Below are positions 1 through 7,415 of a DNA stretch of 18,089 nt, piece after piece. Under the pieces are notes generated by a model. That model was not told where the DNA came from. It was given only the letters and a program-made list of their open reading frames with translations, and searched no databases. This stretch comes from an uncultured Oscillospiraceae bacterium (lineage in GTDB: Bacteria > Bacillota > Clostridia > Oscillospirales > Oscillospiraceae): the NCBI GenBank assembly GCA_964630475.1, contig CAZVVH010000011.1:1-18089 (forward strand). Reading direction: 5' to 3'. The translations under genes were made by a program, and so were the position numbers. Positions within the stretch are counted from its first letter, which is position 1, and each line of letters opens with the position of its first letter.

Positions 1-23
1 ATCAGCTTGTCAAACATGCTCAT
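1..23 (-). CDS. 5' end of an unidentified gene running off the left edge (MSMFDKL...)
   Basis: The minus strand reads GGAGG, an 8-nt spacer, then ATG (23..21), then AGC ATG TTT GAC AAG CTG. Only 7 codons are visible, so the product is unknown. Confidence 0.3.
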
Positions 24-83
24 GGGAATTACCTCCAGTAAAGATAAAATTCAATTGCAGACAGGTTGTCCACTTGTCCTTTC

Positions 84-112
84 ATTATACACCTTTGTTT
101 TCGATGTCACAA
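84..112 (-). promoter_or_regulatory. Putative sigma-A type promoter for the left-edge minus-strand gene
   Basis: The minus strand reads TTGTGA (plus 107-112), a 17-nt spacer, then TATAAT (plus 84-89). This lies about 60 nt upstream of the ATG at 23. Confidence 0.35.
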
Positions 113-176
113 TAAATCTTGGAAAATTTTTTACAAAAAACCGGAAAAGGCAGAGGGAATATAGGGCGTTTCAAAC

Positions 177-205
177 TTGTGTTTTCAGCGGAATCCTTTT
201 ATAAT
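177..205 (+). promoter_or_regulatory. Putative sigma-A type promoter for the reductase-transporter operon
   Basis: TTGTGT (177-182), a 17-nt spacer, then TATAAT (200-205). GGAGG at 232-236 sits 7 nt before the ATG at 244. Confidence 0.4.
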
Positions 206-243
206 GAATATGAATTCAAACAAAACGGAATGGAGGAATCCAG

Positions 244-2274
244 ATGAAATATCCCCGCCTGTTTACCCCTCTTGAGGTAAAGCCTGGCTTTGTGCTGAAA
301 AACCGCCTGATTATGCCAGCCATGCACCATCTGTATACGGACCACGGCTATTGCACCCAGCGGTTTAAGGAATACTATTATAAGCGCGCAGAGGGCGGCC
401 TGGCCATGGTCATTGTCGGCTCCTGCCGGTTCGACGATTACGGCGCCAAGGACAACTCCATGTCCCTGCGCACGGATGACACCATCCCCGGCTGGAAGGA
501 GTTTACCGACGGCATGCACCAGCGGGGCTGCAAGGTGGCAGTCCAGCTCTATCACGCGGGCCGCTATGTGCCCAAGCGGGACGTGCCCTGCGGCGGAGAC
601 GCGCTGGCTCCCTCCGCGGTGTTCTCCTCCTACACCCGGGAGACTGCCCCGGAAATGACTGTGGCCCAGATCAAAGAAGTCATTGCCAACTGGGCGGCCG
701 GCGCGGTCCGGGCGAAGAAGGCGGGCTTTGATGCGGTGGAGATTTTAGGCTCCGCCGGTTATCTGATCTCCCAGTTTCTCTCCCCGGTCACCAACCTGCG
801 CACCGACGAATATGGCGGAAGCTGGGAGAACCGCTGCCGCTTCCCCTTGGAGGTGATTCAGGCGGTACGGGAGGCCGTTGGCCCGGAATATCCTTTGATT
901 TTCCGTCTGGGGGCCAAGGATTTCATTCCCGGCTCCAACGGGACCGAGGAGGCGGGGGCCTTTGCCAAGCTGGCCCAGGAGGCGGGCATCGACCTGTTCA
1001 ACGTCACTGGCGGCTGGCATGAGACCAAGGTGCCCCAGCTGCCCGGTGAGGTGCCCAGAGGGGGCCTGAGCTATCTGGCTGGAGAGGTCAAGAAGCAGGT
1101 CACGGTGCCTGTTATTATGTGCAACCGGATGAACGATCCGGCGGTGGCTGAGGAGACCCTGGCTCTGGGCCGGGCAGACCTCATCGGCATGGGCCGCCCT
1201 CTGCTGGCGGACCCTGATTTCCCCAACAAGGCAAAGGCAGGCCGGGCGGAGACCATTCGCCACTGCGTGGCCTGTAATCAGGGCTGCCTGGCCAACACCT
1301 TCTTTGATAAGCCGGTGAAGTGCCTGGTCAACGGCCTTTGCGGCCGGGAGTATGAGCTGCCCCAGCTGCCTGCGGAGGAGCCAAAGCACATCCTGGTGGT
1401 GGGCGGCGGCCCTGCCGGCTGTGAGTTTGCCATCCGGGCTGCCCAGCGGGGCCACCGGATCACCCTTTGGGAAAAGACGGATCGGCTGGGCGGACAGCTG
1501 AACCTGGCGGCTAAATGCCCCGCCAAGTATGAGTTTGACGGGCTGATCTCCTATTATCAGACCATGCTGAAGGAGCTTCCCGTGGAGCTGTGCTTTGGAA
1601 AGGAAGCCACTCCGGAGGAGATCGGCGCCGGGGGCTTTGACCAGGTTGTCATCGCCATGGGCGGCCAGCCCAATCACACCCCGCTGCCCGTTGCCCAGGA
1701 TGGGGATCTGACCATCTGCACCGGCACCCAGGTCCTGAACGAGGACGTGATTCCCGGTCAGAATGTGGTGGTCATCGGCGGTTCCTTTGTTGGCTGCGGC
1801 GTGGCCCACTATCTGGCCCGCCGGGGGAGCCTTTCTGCGGACCAGCTCTTCTTCCTGGCCGCCTACAAAGGGGAGCCTATGGATACCCTGGAGAAGATGC
1901 TGAACCAGACCGACCGGAAGGTGACTCTCATCGAGCAGGGGCCAAAGATTGGCTTCGGCTATGAGCCGGGCACCAGCTGGCCCACCCTGATGGATCTGAG
2001 CCGCCTGGGCGTGGGCCAGTGGAAGAACAGCAAGGTGACCTCCATCCACAAGGGGGGCGTTACCGTGGAGCGCACCGATAAAGAGGGCGGCGTTCAGGTG
2101 GTGGAGGTTCCCTGCGATACCGTGGTGGTGGCCTCCGGCGTCCATCCTGACAGCGCCTTGGAGCAGGCGGTCCGGGCCTTGGGGATTCCGGTGGCTTCCA
2201 TCGGCAACGCGAGGGAACTGGGCAGAGCCATCTCCGCCATCGGCATGGCCGCCGAGCTGGGTGTGACGATCTGA
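244..2274 (+). CDS. FadH-like NADPH-dependent 2,4-dienoyl-CoA reductase / NADH:flavin oxidoreductase (OYE TIM barrel + 4Fe-4S + FAD/NAD(P) domains)
   Basis: 676-aa ORF with a good RBS. OYE-barrel motifs are present (QLYHAGRY, LRTDEYGGSWENRCRFPLEV). The cluster motif is CxxCxxxCx11C (CVACNQGCLANTFFDKPVKC). Rossmann motif VVGGGPAGCEFA. The protein is colinear with E. coli FadH as I recall it, including GSAGYL where classical OYEs have the HxxH pair. Confidence 0.9.
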   Translation: MKYPRLFTPLEVKPGFVLKNRLIMPAMHHLYTDHGYCTQRFKEYYYKRAEGGLAMVIVGSCRFDDYGAKDNSMSLRTDDTIPGWKEFTDGMHQRGCKVAVQLYHAGRYVPKRDVPCGGDALAPSAVFSSYTRETAPEMTVAQIKEVIANWAAGAVRAKKAGFDAVEILGSAGYLISQFLSPVTNLRTDEYGGSWENRCRFPLEVIQAVREAVGPEYPLIFRLGAKDFIPGSNGTEEAGAFAKLAQEAGIDLFNVTGGWHETKVPQLPGEVPRGGLSYLAGEVKKQVTVPVIMCNRMNDPAVAEETLALGRADLIGMGRPLLADPDFPNKAKAGRAETIRHCVACNQGCLANTFFDKPVKCLVNGLCGREYELPQLPAEEPKHILVVGGGPAGCEFAIRAAQRGHRITLWEKTDRLGGQLNLAAKCPAKYEFDGLISYYQTMLKELPVELCFGKEATPEEIGAGGFDQVVIAMGGQPNHTPLPVAQDGDLTICTGTQVLNEDVIPGQNVVVIGGSFVGCGVAHYLARRGSLSADQLFFLAAYKGEPMDTLEKMLNQTDRKVTLIEQGPKIGFGYEPGTSWPTLMDLSRLGVGQWKNSKVTSIHKGGVTVERTDKEGGVQVVEVPCDTVVVASGVHPDSALEQAVRALGIPVASIGNARELGRAISAIGMAAELGVTI

Positions 2275-2302
2275 GAATGAAAAACGAATCAGGTGACCAG
2301 TT

Positions 2303-3169
2303 TTGAAGCAAAAGTATAAAGCAATTTTATGTATTTGTGGTTCCGCATTCTGCTTTTCGGTGATGAATGTTTTCATCCGGCTGGCGGGGGACCTGCCCAC
2401 CTTTGAAAAGGCGTTTTTCCGCAATTTCGTGGCCATGATCTTTGCGGCGGTCATCCTGCTGAAGAACCATGAGAGCTTCAGGCCCCAAAAGGGCTGCGTC
2501 CCCGGCCTGTTTTGCAGGGCGGTCTGCGGCACCATCGGCCTGCTGTGCAATTTCTACGCGGTGGACCATCTGGTGGTGGCGGACGCCTCCATGCTGAATA
2601 AGATGTCCCCCTTCTTTGCCATTATCTTTTCCTTCCTCCTGCTGCGGGAAAAGCTGACGGTGCCCCAGGGCCTGTCCGTTCTGGCAGCCTTTCTGGGCAG
2701 CCTGCTCATCATCAAGCCCACCTTCTCCAATATGGAGCTGGTGCCCTCCATTCTGGGCTTTATCGGCGGCATGGGAGCCGGCATGGCCTATACCTGGGTG
2801 CGTATCCTGGGTCAGAAGGGGGAGCGGGGCACCTATATCGTGTTCTTCTTCTCCGCCTTTTCGGTGCTGGTGACCATCCCTATGATGCTGGCAAATTGGG
2901 TGCCCATGTCTTCGGTGCAGCTGATCTTCCTGCTGTGCTGCGGTCTGTCCGCCGCCGGCGGACAGTTCGCCATCACCAAGGCATATAGCCTGGCCCCCGC
3001 CAAGGAGGTTTCTGTCTACGACTATACCCAGATTATCTTCTCTGCCCTGCTGGGATGGATGATTTTCAATCAGGTGCCGGATATCCTCAGCGTCCTGGGC
3101 TATATTATCATCTGTTCGGTGGCGGTGATTATGTTCTTCTACAATAACCGCAAGCCGGGACCGGCTTGA
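2303..3169 (+). CDS. EamA/DMT (drug/metabolite transporter) family permease
   Basis: 288 aa, about 10 hydrophobic helices in two repeats. TTG start at 2303 is preceded by AGGTGA (2291-2296) with a 6-nt spacer. It starts 28 nt after the reductase stop, so it is probably co-transcribed. Confidence 0.85.
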   Translation: MKQKYKAILCICGSAFCFSVMNVFIRLAGDLPTFEKAFFRNFVAMIFAAVILLKNHESFRPQKGCVPGLFCRAVCGTIGLLCNFYAVDHLVVADASMLNKMSPFFAIIFSFLLLREKLTVPQGLSVLAAFLGSLLIIKPTFSNMELVPSILGFIGGMGAGMAYTWVRILGQKGERGTYIVFFFSAFSVLVTIPMMLANWVPMSSVQLIFLLCCGLSAAGGQFAITKAYSLAPAKEVSVYDYTQIIFSALLGWMIFNQVPDILSVLGYIIICSVAVIMFFYNNRKPGPA

Positions 3170-3201
3170 TTTGAACCCTCTCATAGAAAGAAGCTGTTTT
3201 C

Positions 3202-4527
3202 TTGTTTTCCAATCGTGATTTGCGTAATTTGTTGATTCCCCTGATGCTGGAACAGTTCCTCTCAGGCTTCATGGGGATCGCGGACACCATGATGGTGACC
3301 CGGGTGGGGGATACGGCCATCTCCGCTGTGTCCTGTGTGGACGCGGTGAACACCGTTATGCTCTACCTGTTCGCTGCCCTGGCCACCGGCGGTACCATTG
3401 TCTGCTCCCAGTATTTGGGCAGAGAGGACCAGAAGGGGGCCAACAACGCCGCCCGTCAGGTCTACTTTGTGGCCTTTTTTCTGTCTGTAGGACTGATGGT
3501 TTTCTGCCTAATCCTCCGGGGGCCGATCCTGCGGCTGGTGTTCGGCCAGGTGGAACCGGCCATCATGTCCCAGAGCCTGACCTACTTCTTTATCACGGCG
3601 CTGTCCTATCCCTTCCTGGCCTTGCAGCAAACCAGCGCTGCCCAGTTCCGGGCCGCCAGAAACTCCCGCCTGCCCATGACCGTCACTGCCATTGCCAACG
3701 GGGTAAACATCGTGGGCAATGCAATCCTGATCTATGTATTTCATCTGGGGGTGGCCGGTGCGGCCATGGCCACACTGATTTCCAGAGTGCTGTCCTGCGC
3801 TGTCCTGCTGATCTGCCAGCGGAAGTCTTCAAACCTGATCTGCGTGGATCATTACCTGAGCATCCGCCCCGATCTTTCGGTGATTCGGCTGGTGCTGCGC
3901 ATTGGCATCCCCACTGCCATTGAAAACGGCATGTTCCAGTTTGGCCGACTGGTGGTGCAGTCCACCGTCTCCACCCTGGGCACCACCGCCATTGCCGCCC
4001 AGGCCATGACCTACATGATGGACAATTTCCAGTCCATGCCCAGCCAAGCTGTGGGCCTGGCCATCCTGACCGTGGTGGGCCAGTGCCTGGGCGCAGGGCG
4101 GACCGAGGAGGCCAAGGGCTATATTAAGAAGCTGTGCCTGGTGTCGGAGGGACTGCTGGTGGCTATGGGAGTGCTCATCATACTGGTGGTGCGCCCCGCC
4201 TGCGTGATCTCCGGCCTCAGCGCCGAGGCCACGGAGCTGACCGTCCGGCTGGTGCTGTATATCACCATCGCCAAGGTCACCCTGTGGGTTCCGGCGTTCT
4301 CCCTGCCCAACGGCCTGCGGGCCGCAGGAGACGTGGCCTTCAGCGCCGCCGTCTCCGCTGCCTCCATGTGGATCTTCCGGGTGGGCCTGTCCCTGCTGCT
4401 GTGCCGGGTGCTGGGCGTGGGCCTGGAGGGCGTCTGGATCGCCTGGTTCACTGACTGGTTCGTGCGGCTGTGCTTCTATGTGGCCCGGTATCGGTCCGGG
4501 AAGTGGCTGACAAAGCGTGTGCTATGA
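3202..4527 (+). CDS. MATE family efflux transporter
   Basis: 441 aa, polytopic. The N-terminus LLIPLMLEQFLSGFMGIADTMMVTRVGDTAISAV is typical of MatE repeats. The start is uncertain: TTG at 3202 or TTG at 3220, both with a weak RBS. Confidence 0.85.
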   Translation: MFSNRDLRNLLIPLMLEQFLSGFMGIADTMMVTRVGDTAISAVSCVDAVNTVMLYLFAALATGGTIVCSQYLGREDQKGANNAARQVYFVAFFLSVGLMVFCLILRGPILRLVFGQVEPAIMSQSLTYFFITALSYPFLALQQTSAAQFRAARNSRLPMTVTAIANGVNIVGNAILIYVFHLGVAGAAMATLISRVLSCAVLLICQRKSSNLICVDHYLSIRPDLSVIRLVLRIGIPTAIENGMFQFGRLVVQSTVSTLGTTAIAAQAMTYMMDNFQSMPSQAVGLAILTVVGQCLGAGRTEEAKGYIKKLCLVSEGLLVAMGVLIILVVRPACVISGLSAEATELTVRLVLYITIAKVTLWVPAFSLPNGLRAAGDVAFSAAVSAASMWIFRVGLSLLLCRVLGVGLEGVWIAWFTDWFVRLCFYVARYRSGKWLTKRVL

Positions 4528-4537
4528 CAGAAATGAT

Positions 4538-4579
4538 ACTTCGGCGGCGGAGCGTTGGCTCTGCCGCCGAAGTTGTTTT
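4538..4579. terminator. Strong intrinsic terminator between convergent genes
   Basis: ACTTCGGCGGCGGAG (4538-4552) pairs with CTCTGCCGCCGAAGT (4559-4573). This is a 15-bp stem with one G-U pair and a 6-nt loop, followed by TGTTTTC on the plus strand. It lies between the MATE stop (4527) and the minus-strand gene end (4596). Confidence 0.8.
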
Positions 4580-4595
4580 CATCTATGGGGGATGA

Positions 4596-5078
4596 TCAAT
4601 CATCATTGAGATAAGAATCATATTTCTGGGCAATATAGTCCTTTGCTTCCGATTCTGACCAGCTATTGTCCCAGCTCGGATTATATAAGAGTTTTTTTGT
4701 GGTAAGCCCGCCGGTCTCGGTGGTATAACCTGAGTAGGAAACAAATTTCGAGTCATACTCCTCCAGTGTGCGTTCGTTCAAATTATAAGTATACCAACGC
4801 CGCCAGCCCGAGTATCCATCGAGGGATTGGGAATAAACACTGAAAGTGACTAGGCATGGTTTTTCATCATACTGGGTAAAACCCACGCTGCCACATTCTG
4901 AACTGTTCCATTTACCCCGCTTTTCATAAATAAAGTCCACCAATGCCTGCTCCTCTTCACTCAACAAGGCATAGGTCACTGGATCTTCCACTTTCTGCGC
5001 GTCCTGTGCGCAGCCGCAAAAAAGCCCTACAATGAAAATTGAGACCGCCAAGAGCAAAATAAAAAACTTTCTATTCAT
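4596..5078 (-). CDS. Hypothetical secreted protein / probable lipoprotein, aromatic-rich, no family recognised
   Basis: 160 aa. N-terminal signal peptide MNRKFFILLLAVSIFIVGLFCGC with a Cys-containing lipobox-like end. GGAGGAG RBS sits 7 nt upstream. Its ATG overlaps the upstream stop (ATGA at 5075-5078). Low-GC coding sequence. Confidence 0.7.
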   Translation of the reverse strand: MNRKFFILLLAVSIFIVGLFCGCAQDAQKVEDPVTYALLSEEEQALVDFIYEKRGKWNSSECGSVGFTQYDEKPCLVTFSVYSQSLDGYSGWRRWYTYNLNERTLEEYDSKFVSYSGYTTETGGLTTKKLLYNPSWDNSWSESEAKDYIAQKYDSYLNDD

Positions 5079-5479
5079 CCGTTTTCTCCTCCACTGTGTT
5101 TGTCAGGTGCGATAGAAAAACCCTGGAGATTTCGCCCTTGATATTGAAGGATACCGCAGTCTCCCTCTATAAAAGTGCATTGTCCGTTTCCATGAGGTTT
5201 TAATTTGACCCGGGTGCCGTCTGCACATTCAAATAAGTACGCACAGATATAACCGTTGCTTCGCTCCACTGAAATAATTGTTGCTTGAATCGTTTTGATG
5301 GGCTGAGAAGCATTGTAGCTGTGTTCAGAGGCCTTCACTACTGCAACTGCGCCCCAGATGACCACGAGTATGCCGATTGATGCGCCGATTAAGCCGATCA
5401 ATGCGCCCATCACTTCATCATCTTTAGACAGTTGATTGAAAAATCTGCTTATTTCATTAGAAACAGAAATCATGCCCAT
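5075..5479 (-). CDS. Single-pass membrane protein resembling the DUF2500/YhhM family
   Basis: 134 aa. GGGAGGGAG RBS sits 6 nt upstream of the ATG at 5479. One TM helix (ALIGLIGASIGILVVIWGAVAVV). The C-terminal region ...YLFECADGTRVKLKPHGNGQCTFIEGDCGILQYQGRNLQGF matches the GD-G-L-Y-G-R---F ending I recall from E. coli YhhM. Confidence 0.7.
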   Translation of the reverse strand: MGMISVSNEISRFFNQLSKDDEVMGALIGLIGASIGILVVIWGAVAVVKASEHSYNASQPIKTIQATIISVERSNGYICAYLFECADGTRVKLKPHGNGQCTFIEGDCGILQYQGRNLQGFSIAPDKHSGGENG

Positions 5480-5502
5480 TTTTTACTCCCTCCCTGAAAT
5501 GT

Positions 5503-5643
5503 TCAGTTTAGTTCTGCAAGATGCGACATCTGTTGGCGGCTTTGCCGCCTTACGGATATCCATGCGCAGCACTTCAGGTTTCTCAATGAAATACATTCAT
5601 TGAGAAACCGCATGAGATTTATCTGATTCGCCGCGAATTCCAT
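5503..5643 (-). CDS. Candidate unlisted small ORF or leader peptide (46 aa: MEFAANQINLMRFLNECISLRNLKCCAWISVRRQSRQQMSHLAELN)
   Basis: The minus strand reads GAAGGAGG, a 5-nt spacer, then ATG (5643..5641), with a TGA stop at 5505..5503. It lies about 38 nt downstream of a near-consensus promoter and 24 nt upstream of the next gene. It is below the ORF-track size cut-off. It contains two hairpins, so it may instead be a structured leader. Confidence 0.35.
   Translation of the reverse strand: MEFAANQINLMRFLNECISLRNLKCCAWISVRRQSRQQMSHLAELN
5577..5609. repeat. Perfect 14-bp inverted repeat with a 5-nt spacer
   Basis: GGTTTCTCAATGAA (5577-5590), ATACA, TTCATTGAGAAACC (5596-5609). No T-run follows on either strand. 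A second short hairpin, GGCGGC-TTT-GCCGCC, lies at 5535-5549. Confidence 0.8.
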
Positions 5644-5665
5644 CAAAACCTCCTTCACCTGATTT

Positions 5666-5734
5666 TAGATAAAATTTATCTAATGATTATTATAGATAAA
5701 TTCCATCTAAAAGTCAATAGATAATTTTTATCTG
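5666..5734. promoter_or_regulatory. Array of three 17-bp operator-like palindromes (TAGATAA-N3-TTATCTA type), probable XRE binding sites
   Basis: O1 5666-5682 TAGATAAAATTTATCTA has perfect 8-bp arms. O2 5693-5709 TAGATAAATTCCATCTA has 6 of 8 arm pairs. O3 5718-5734 TAGATAATTTTTATCTG has 6 of 8. Centres are 27 and 25 bp apart. A related half-site AGATTTATCT lies at 5615-5624. Confidence 0.55.
5689..5717 (-). promoter_or_regulatory. Near-consensus sigma-A promoter driving the minus-strand sORF/DUF2500/lipoprotein operon
   Basis: The minus strand reads TTGACT (plus 5712-5717), a 17-nt spacer, then TATAAT (plus 5689-5694). Operator O2 fills the spacer and O1 lies at about +1 to +20. Confidence 0.6.
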
Positions 5735-5775
5735 AATATACTTTTAATAGAAGAAGATGAAAGGCGTATTCAGAT

Positions 5776-5988
5776 ATGGAGAACCGAATCAGAGATTTGC
5801 GGGAGGATCACGACCTGACCCAGCAAAAGGTTGCGGATGCCATTGGCATTACTCAGCGGAAATACAGCTATGTTGAAACCGGAACCCAACAGTTAACCGA
5901 TGAACTGCTGGTAAAGCTGGCGAATTTGTACAAGGTCAGCATCGACTACCTGCTTCTTCAAACGGACAACCCGAAACGAAATCTATAA
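5776..5988 (+). CDS. XRE/Cro-CI family helix-turn-helix transcriptional regulator (70 aa, DNA-binding domain only)
   Basis: [60 protein letters not shown] is a canonical HTH_3 pattern. The gene is divergent from the operator array. The RBS is weak (AAAGG, 11 nt upstream). Confidence 0.9.
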   Translation: MENRIRDLREDHDLTQQKVADAIGITQRKYSYVETGTQQLTDELLVKLANLYKVSIDYLLLQTDNPKRNL

Positions 5989-6074
5989 AATGAAACAGCA
6001 TATCTTCCGGCCGTCAAAATTCTCCGGAAATTCCCCGGGCTGGATTTTATTTTGCGGGAAAATCGAAAATAGAA

Positions 6075-6103
6075 TTGCATTTTCTCTCTGTCACCGCTAT
6101 AAT
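6075..6103 (+). promoter_or_regulatory. Putative sigma-A promoter of icd
   Basis: TTGCAT (6075-6080), a 17-nt spacer, then TATAAT (6098-6103), about 35 nt upstream of the icd ATG. Confidence 0.6.
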
Positions 6104-6139
6104 AAACCCACCGTGACCCCGTTGAAGGAGGCTTTTGCA

Positions 6140-7351
6140 ATGAAGATTCAAATGACCACCCCCCTGGTGGAGATGGACGGCGATGAGATGACCCGCATCC
6201 TCTGGAAGCAAATTAAAGAGGAACTGCTGCTGCCCTATATTGATTTAAAAACGGAATATTACGATCTGGGCCTGCCCCACCGGGAGGAGACCCAGGACCA
6301 AGTGACCATTGACTCTGCCAACGCTGCCCGGAGGTACAGCGTGGCGGTAAAATGCGCCACCATCACTCCCAACGCCCAGCGGGTGGAGGAATATAAGCTG
6401 TCCAAGATGTGGAAAAGCCCCAACGGCACCATCCGGGCCATCATGGATGGCACCGTGTTCCGGGCGCCCATCATGGTGAAGGGAATTTCCCCTGTGGTGA
6501 AGAATTGGCAGGCCCCCATCACCATCGCCCGCCATGCCTACGGCGATGTGTACAAGTCCAGCGAGATCCGGGTTCCCGGCCCCGGCACTGCCACCCTGAC
6601 CTTTGTGGGAGCGGATGGCACAAAGGTGGAAGAAAAGATATACGACTTCGAGTGTGCCGGTGTGCTCCAGGGTCAGTACAACAAGGACAGCTCCATTTCC
6701 TCCTTTGCCCGATCCTGCTTCCAGTATGCCATTGACACCAGGCAGGACCTATGGTTTGCCACTAAGGACACCATTTCCAAGAAATATGACCACACCTTTA
6801 AGGACATTTTCGCGGAGATCTACGCTACCGGGTACCAGGCCAAATTTGAGGAGCTGGGCATCACCTATTTTTACACCCTTATTGATGACGCCGTGGCCCG
6901 TGTCATCCGCTCTGAGGGCGGCTTTATCTGGGCCTGCAAGAACTATGATGGCGACGTCATGAGCGACATGGTTTCCACCGCCTTCGGCTCCCTGGCCATG
7001 ATGACCTCCGTTCTGGTTTCCCCGGATGGAAACTACGAGTACGAGGCCGCCCACGGCACCGTCACCCGCCACTACTACAAGTATTTGAAGGGGGAGGAGA
7101 CCTCTACCAACCCTATAGCCACCATCTACGCCTGGTCCGGCGCCCTGCGCAAGCGGGGGGAGCTGGACGGCATTCCCCAGCTGTGCGCCTTCGCGGACAA
7201 GCTGGAGGCCGCCTGTATCGAAACTATCGAGGGCGGAGAGATGACCGGAGATTTGGCCGTCCTGTGGGAGGGGACGGTTCCGGCGAAAAAGCTGTCCTCT
7301 CTGGAATTCCTGGAAGCCATCCGCCGGCGGCTGGAGGAAAAGTTGGCCTGA
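6140..7351 (+). CDS. icd: NADP-dependent isocitrate dehydrogenase (eukaryote-like, subfamily II, ~403 aa)
   Basis: [22 protein letters not shown]..., [26 protein letters not shown] and [10 protein letters not shown] are hallmark IDH1/2-type motifs. AGGAGG (6126-6131) sits 8 nt before the ATG at 6140. The track ORF starting at 5990 is an in-frame 50-codon over-extension. Confidence 0.93.
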   Translation: MKIQMTTPLVEMDGDEMTRILWKQIKEELLLPYIDLKTEYYDLGLPHREETQDQVTIDSANAARRYSVAVKCATITPNAQRVEEYKLSKMWKSPNGTIRAIMDGTVFRAPIMVKGISPVVKNWQAPITIARHAYGDVYKSSEIRVPGPGTATLTFVGADGTKVEEKIYDFECAGVLQGQYNKDSSISSFARSCFQYAIDTRQDLWFATKDTISKKYDHTFKDIFAEIYATGYQAKFEELGITYFYTLIDDAVARVIRSEGGFIWACKNYDGDVMSDMVSTAFGSLAMMTSVLVSPDGNYEYEAAHGTVTRHYYKYLKGEETSTNPIATIYAWSGALRKRGELDGIPQLCAFADKLEAACIETIEGGEMTGDLAVLWEGTVPAKKLSSLEFLEAIRRRLEEKLA

Positions 7352-7415
7352 TCCCCGTATAAACCGGGTAAAAACTGTCCATACTGCTTTTATCCATAAA
7401 AAGGAGGAAAACAGT

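Noticed and set aside
7-204. A 65-aa plus-strand ORF in the left intergenic region.
   Set aside because: It has no RBS, and it spans the start of the minus-strand gene and both divergent promoter candidates. It most likely arises by chance in AT-rich intergenic DNA.
745-2550. A 601-aa minus-strand ORF antisense to the FadH-like gene. Similar long antisense ORFs occur at 2327..3184, 6749..7453, 8977..10278, 10327..10974, 11280..12032, 12875..13522, 14704..15642 and 15721..17157.
   Set aside because: Each lies entirely opposite a gene with clear family motifs. Their translations are low-complexity and rich in G, A, R, H, Q, P and L. None has an obvious RBS. Such stop-free antisense frames are expected in ~60% GC coding DNA.
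6005-6040. Candidate terminator for the XRE gene: TTCCGG...CCGGAA, a 6-bp stem, and a GGAAATTCC palindrome.
   Set aside because: The stem is short with a 13-nt loop and no T-run. The GGAAATTCC palindrome leaves a 1-nt loop, which cannot fold as RNA. This is not convincing as an intrinsic terminator.
5990-6139. A 50-codon N-terminal extension of icd in the ORF track ([11 protein letters not shown]...).
   Set aside because: The extension spans the TTGCAT-17-TATAAT promoter and the AGGAGG RBS. IDH homology begins at [19 protein letters not shown] (ATG at 6140).
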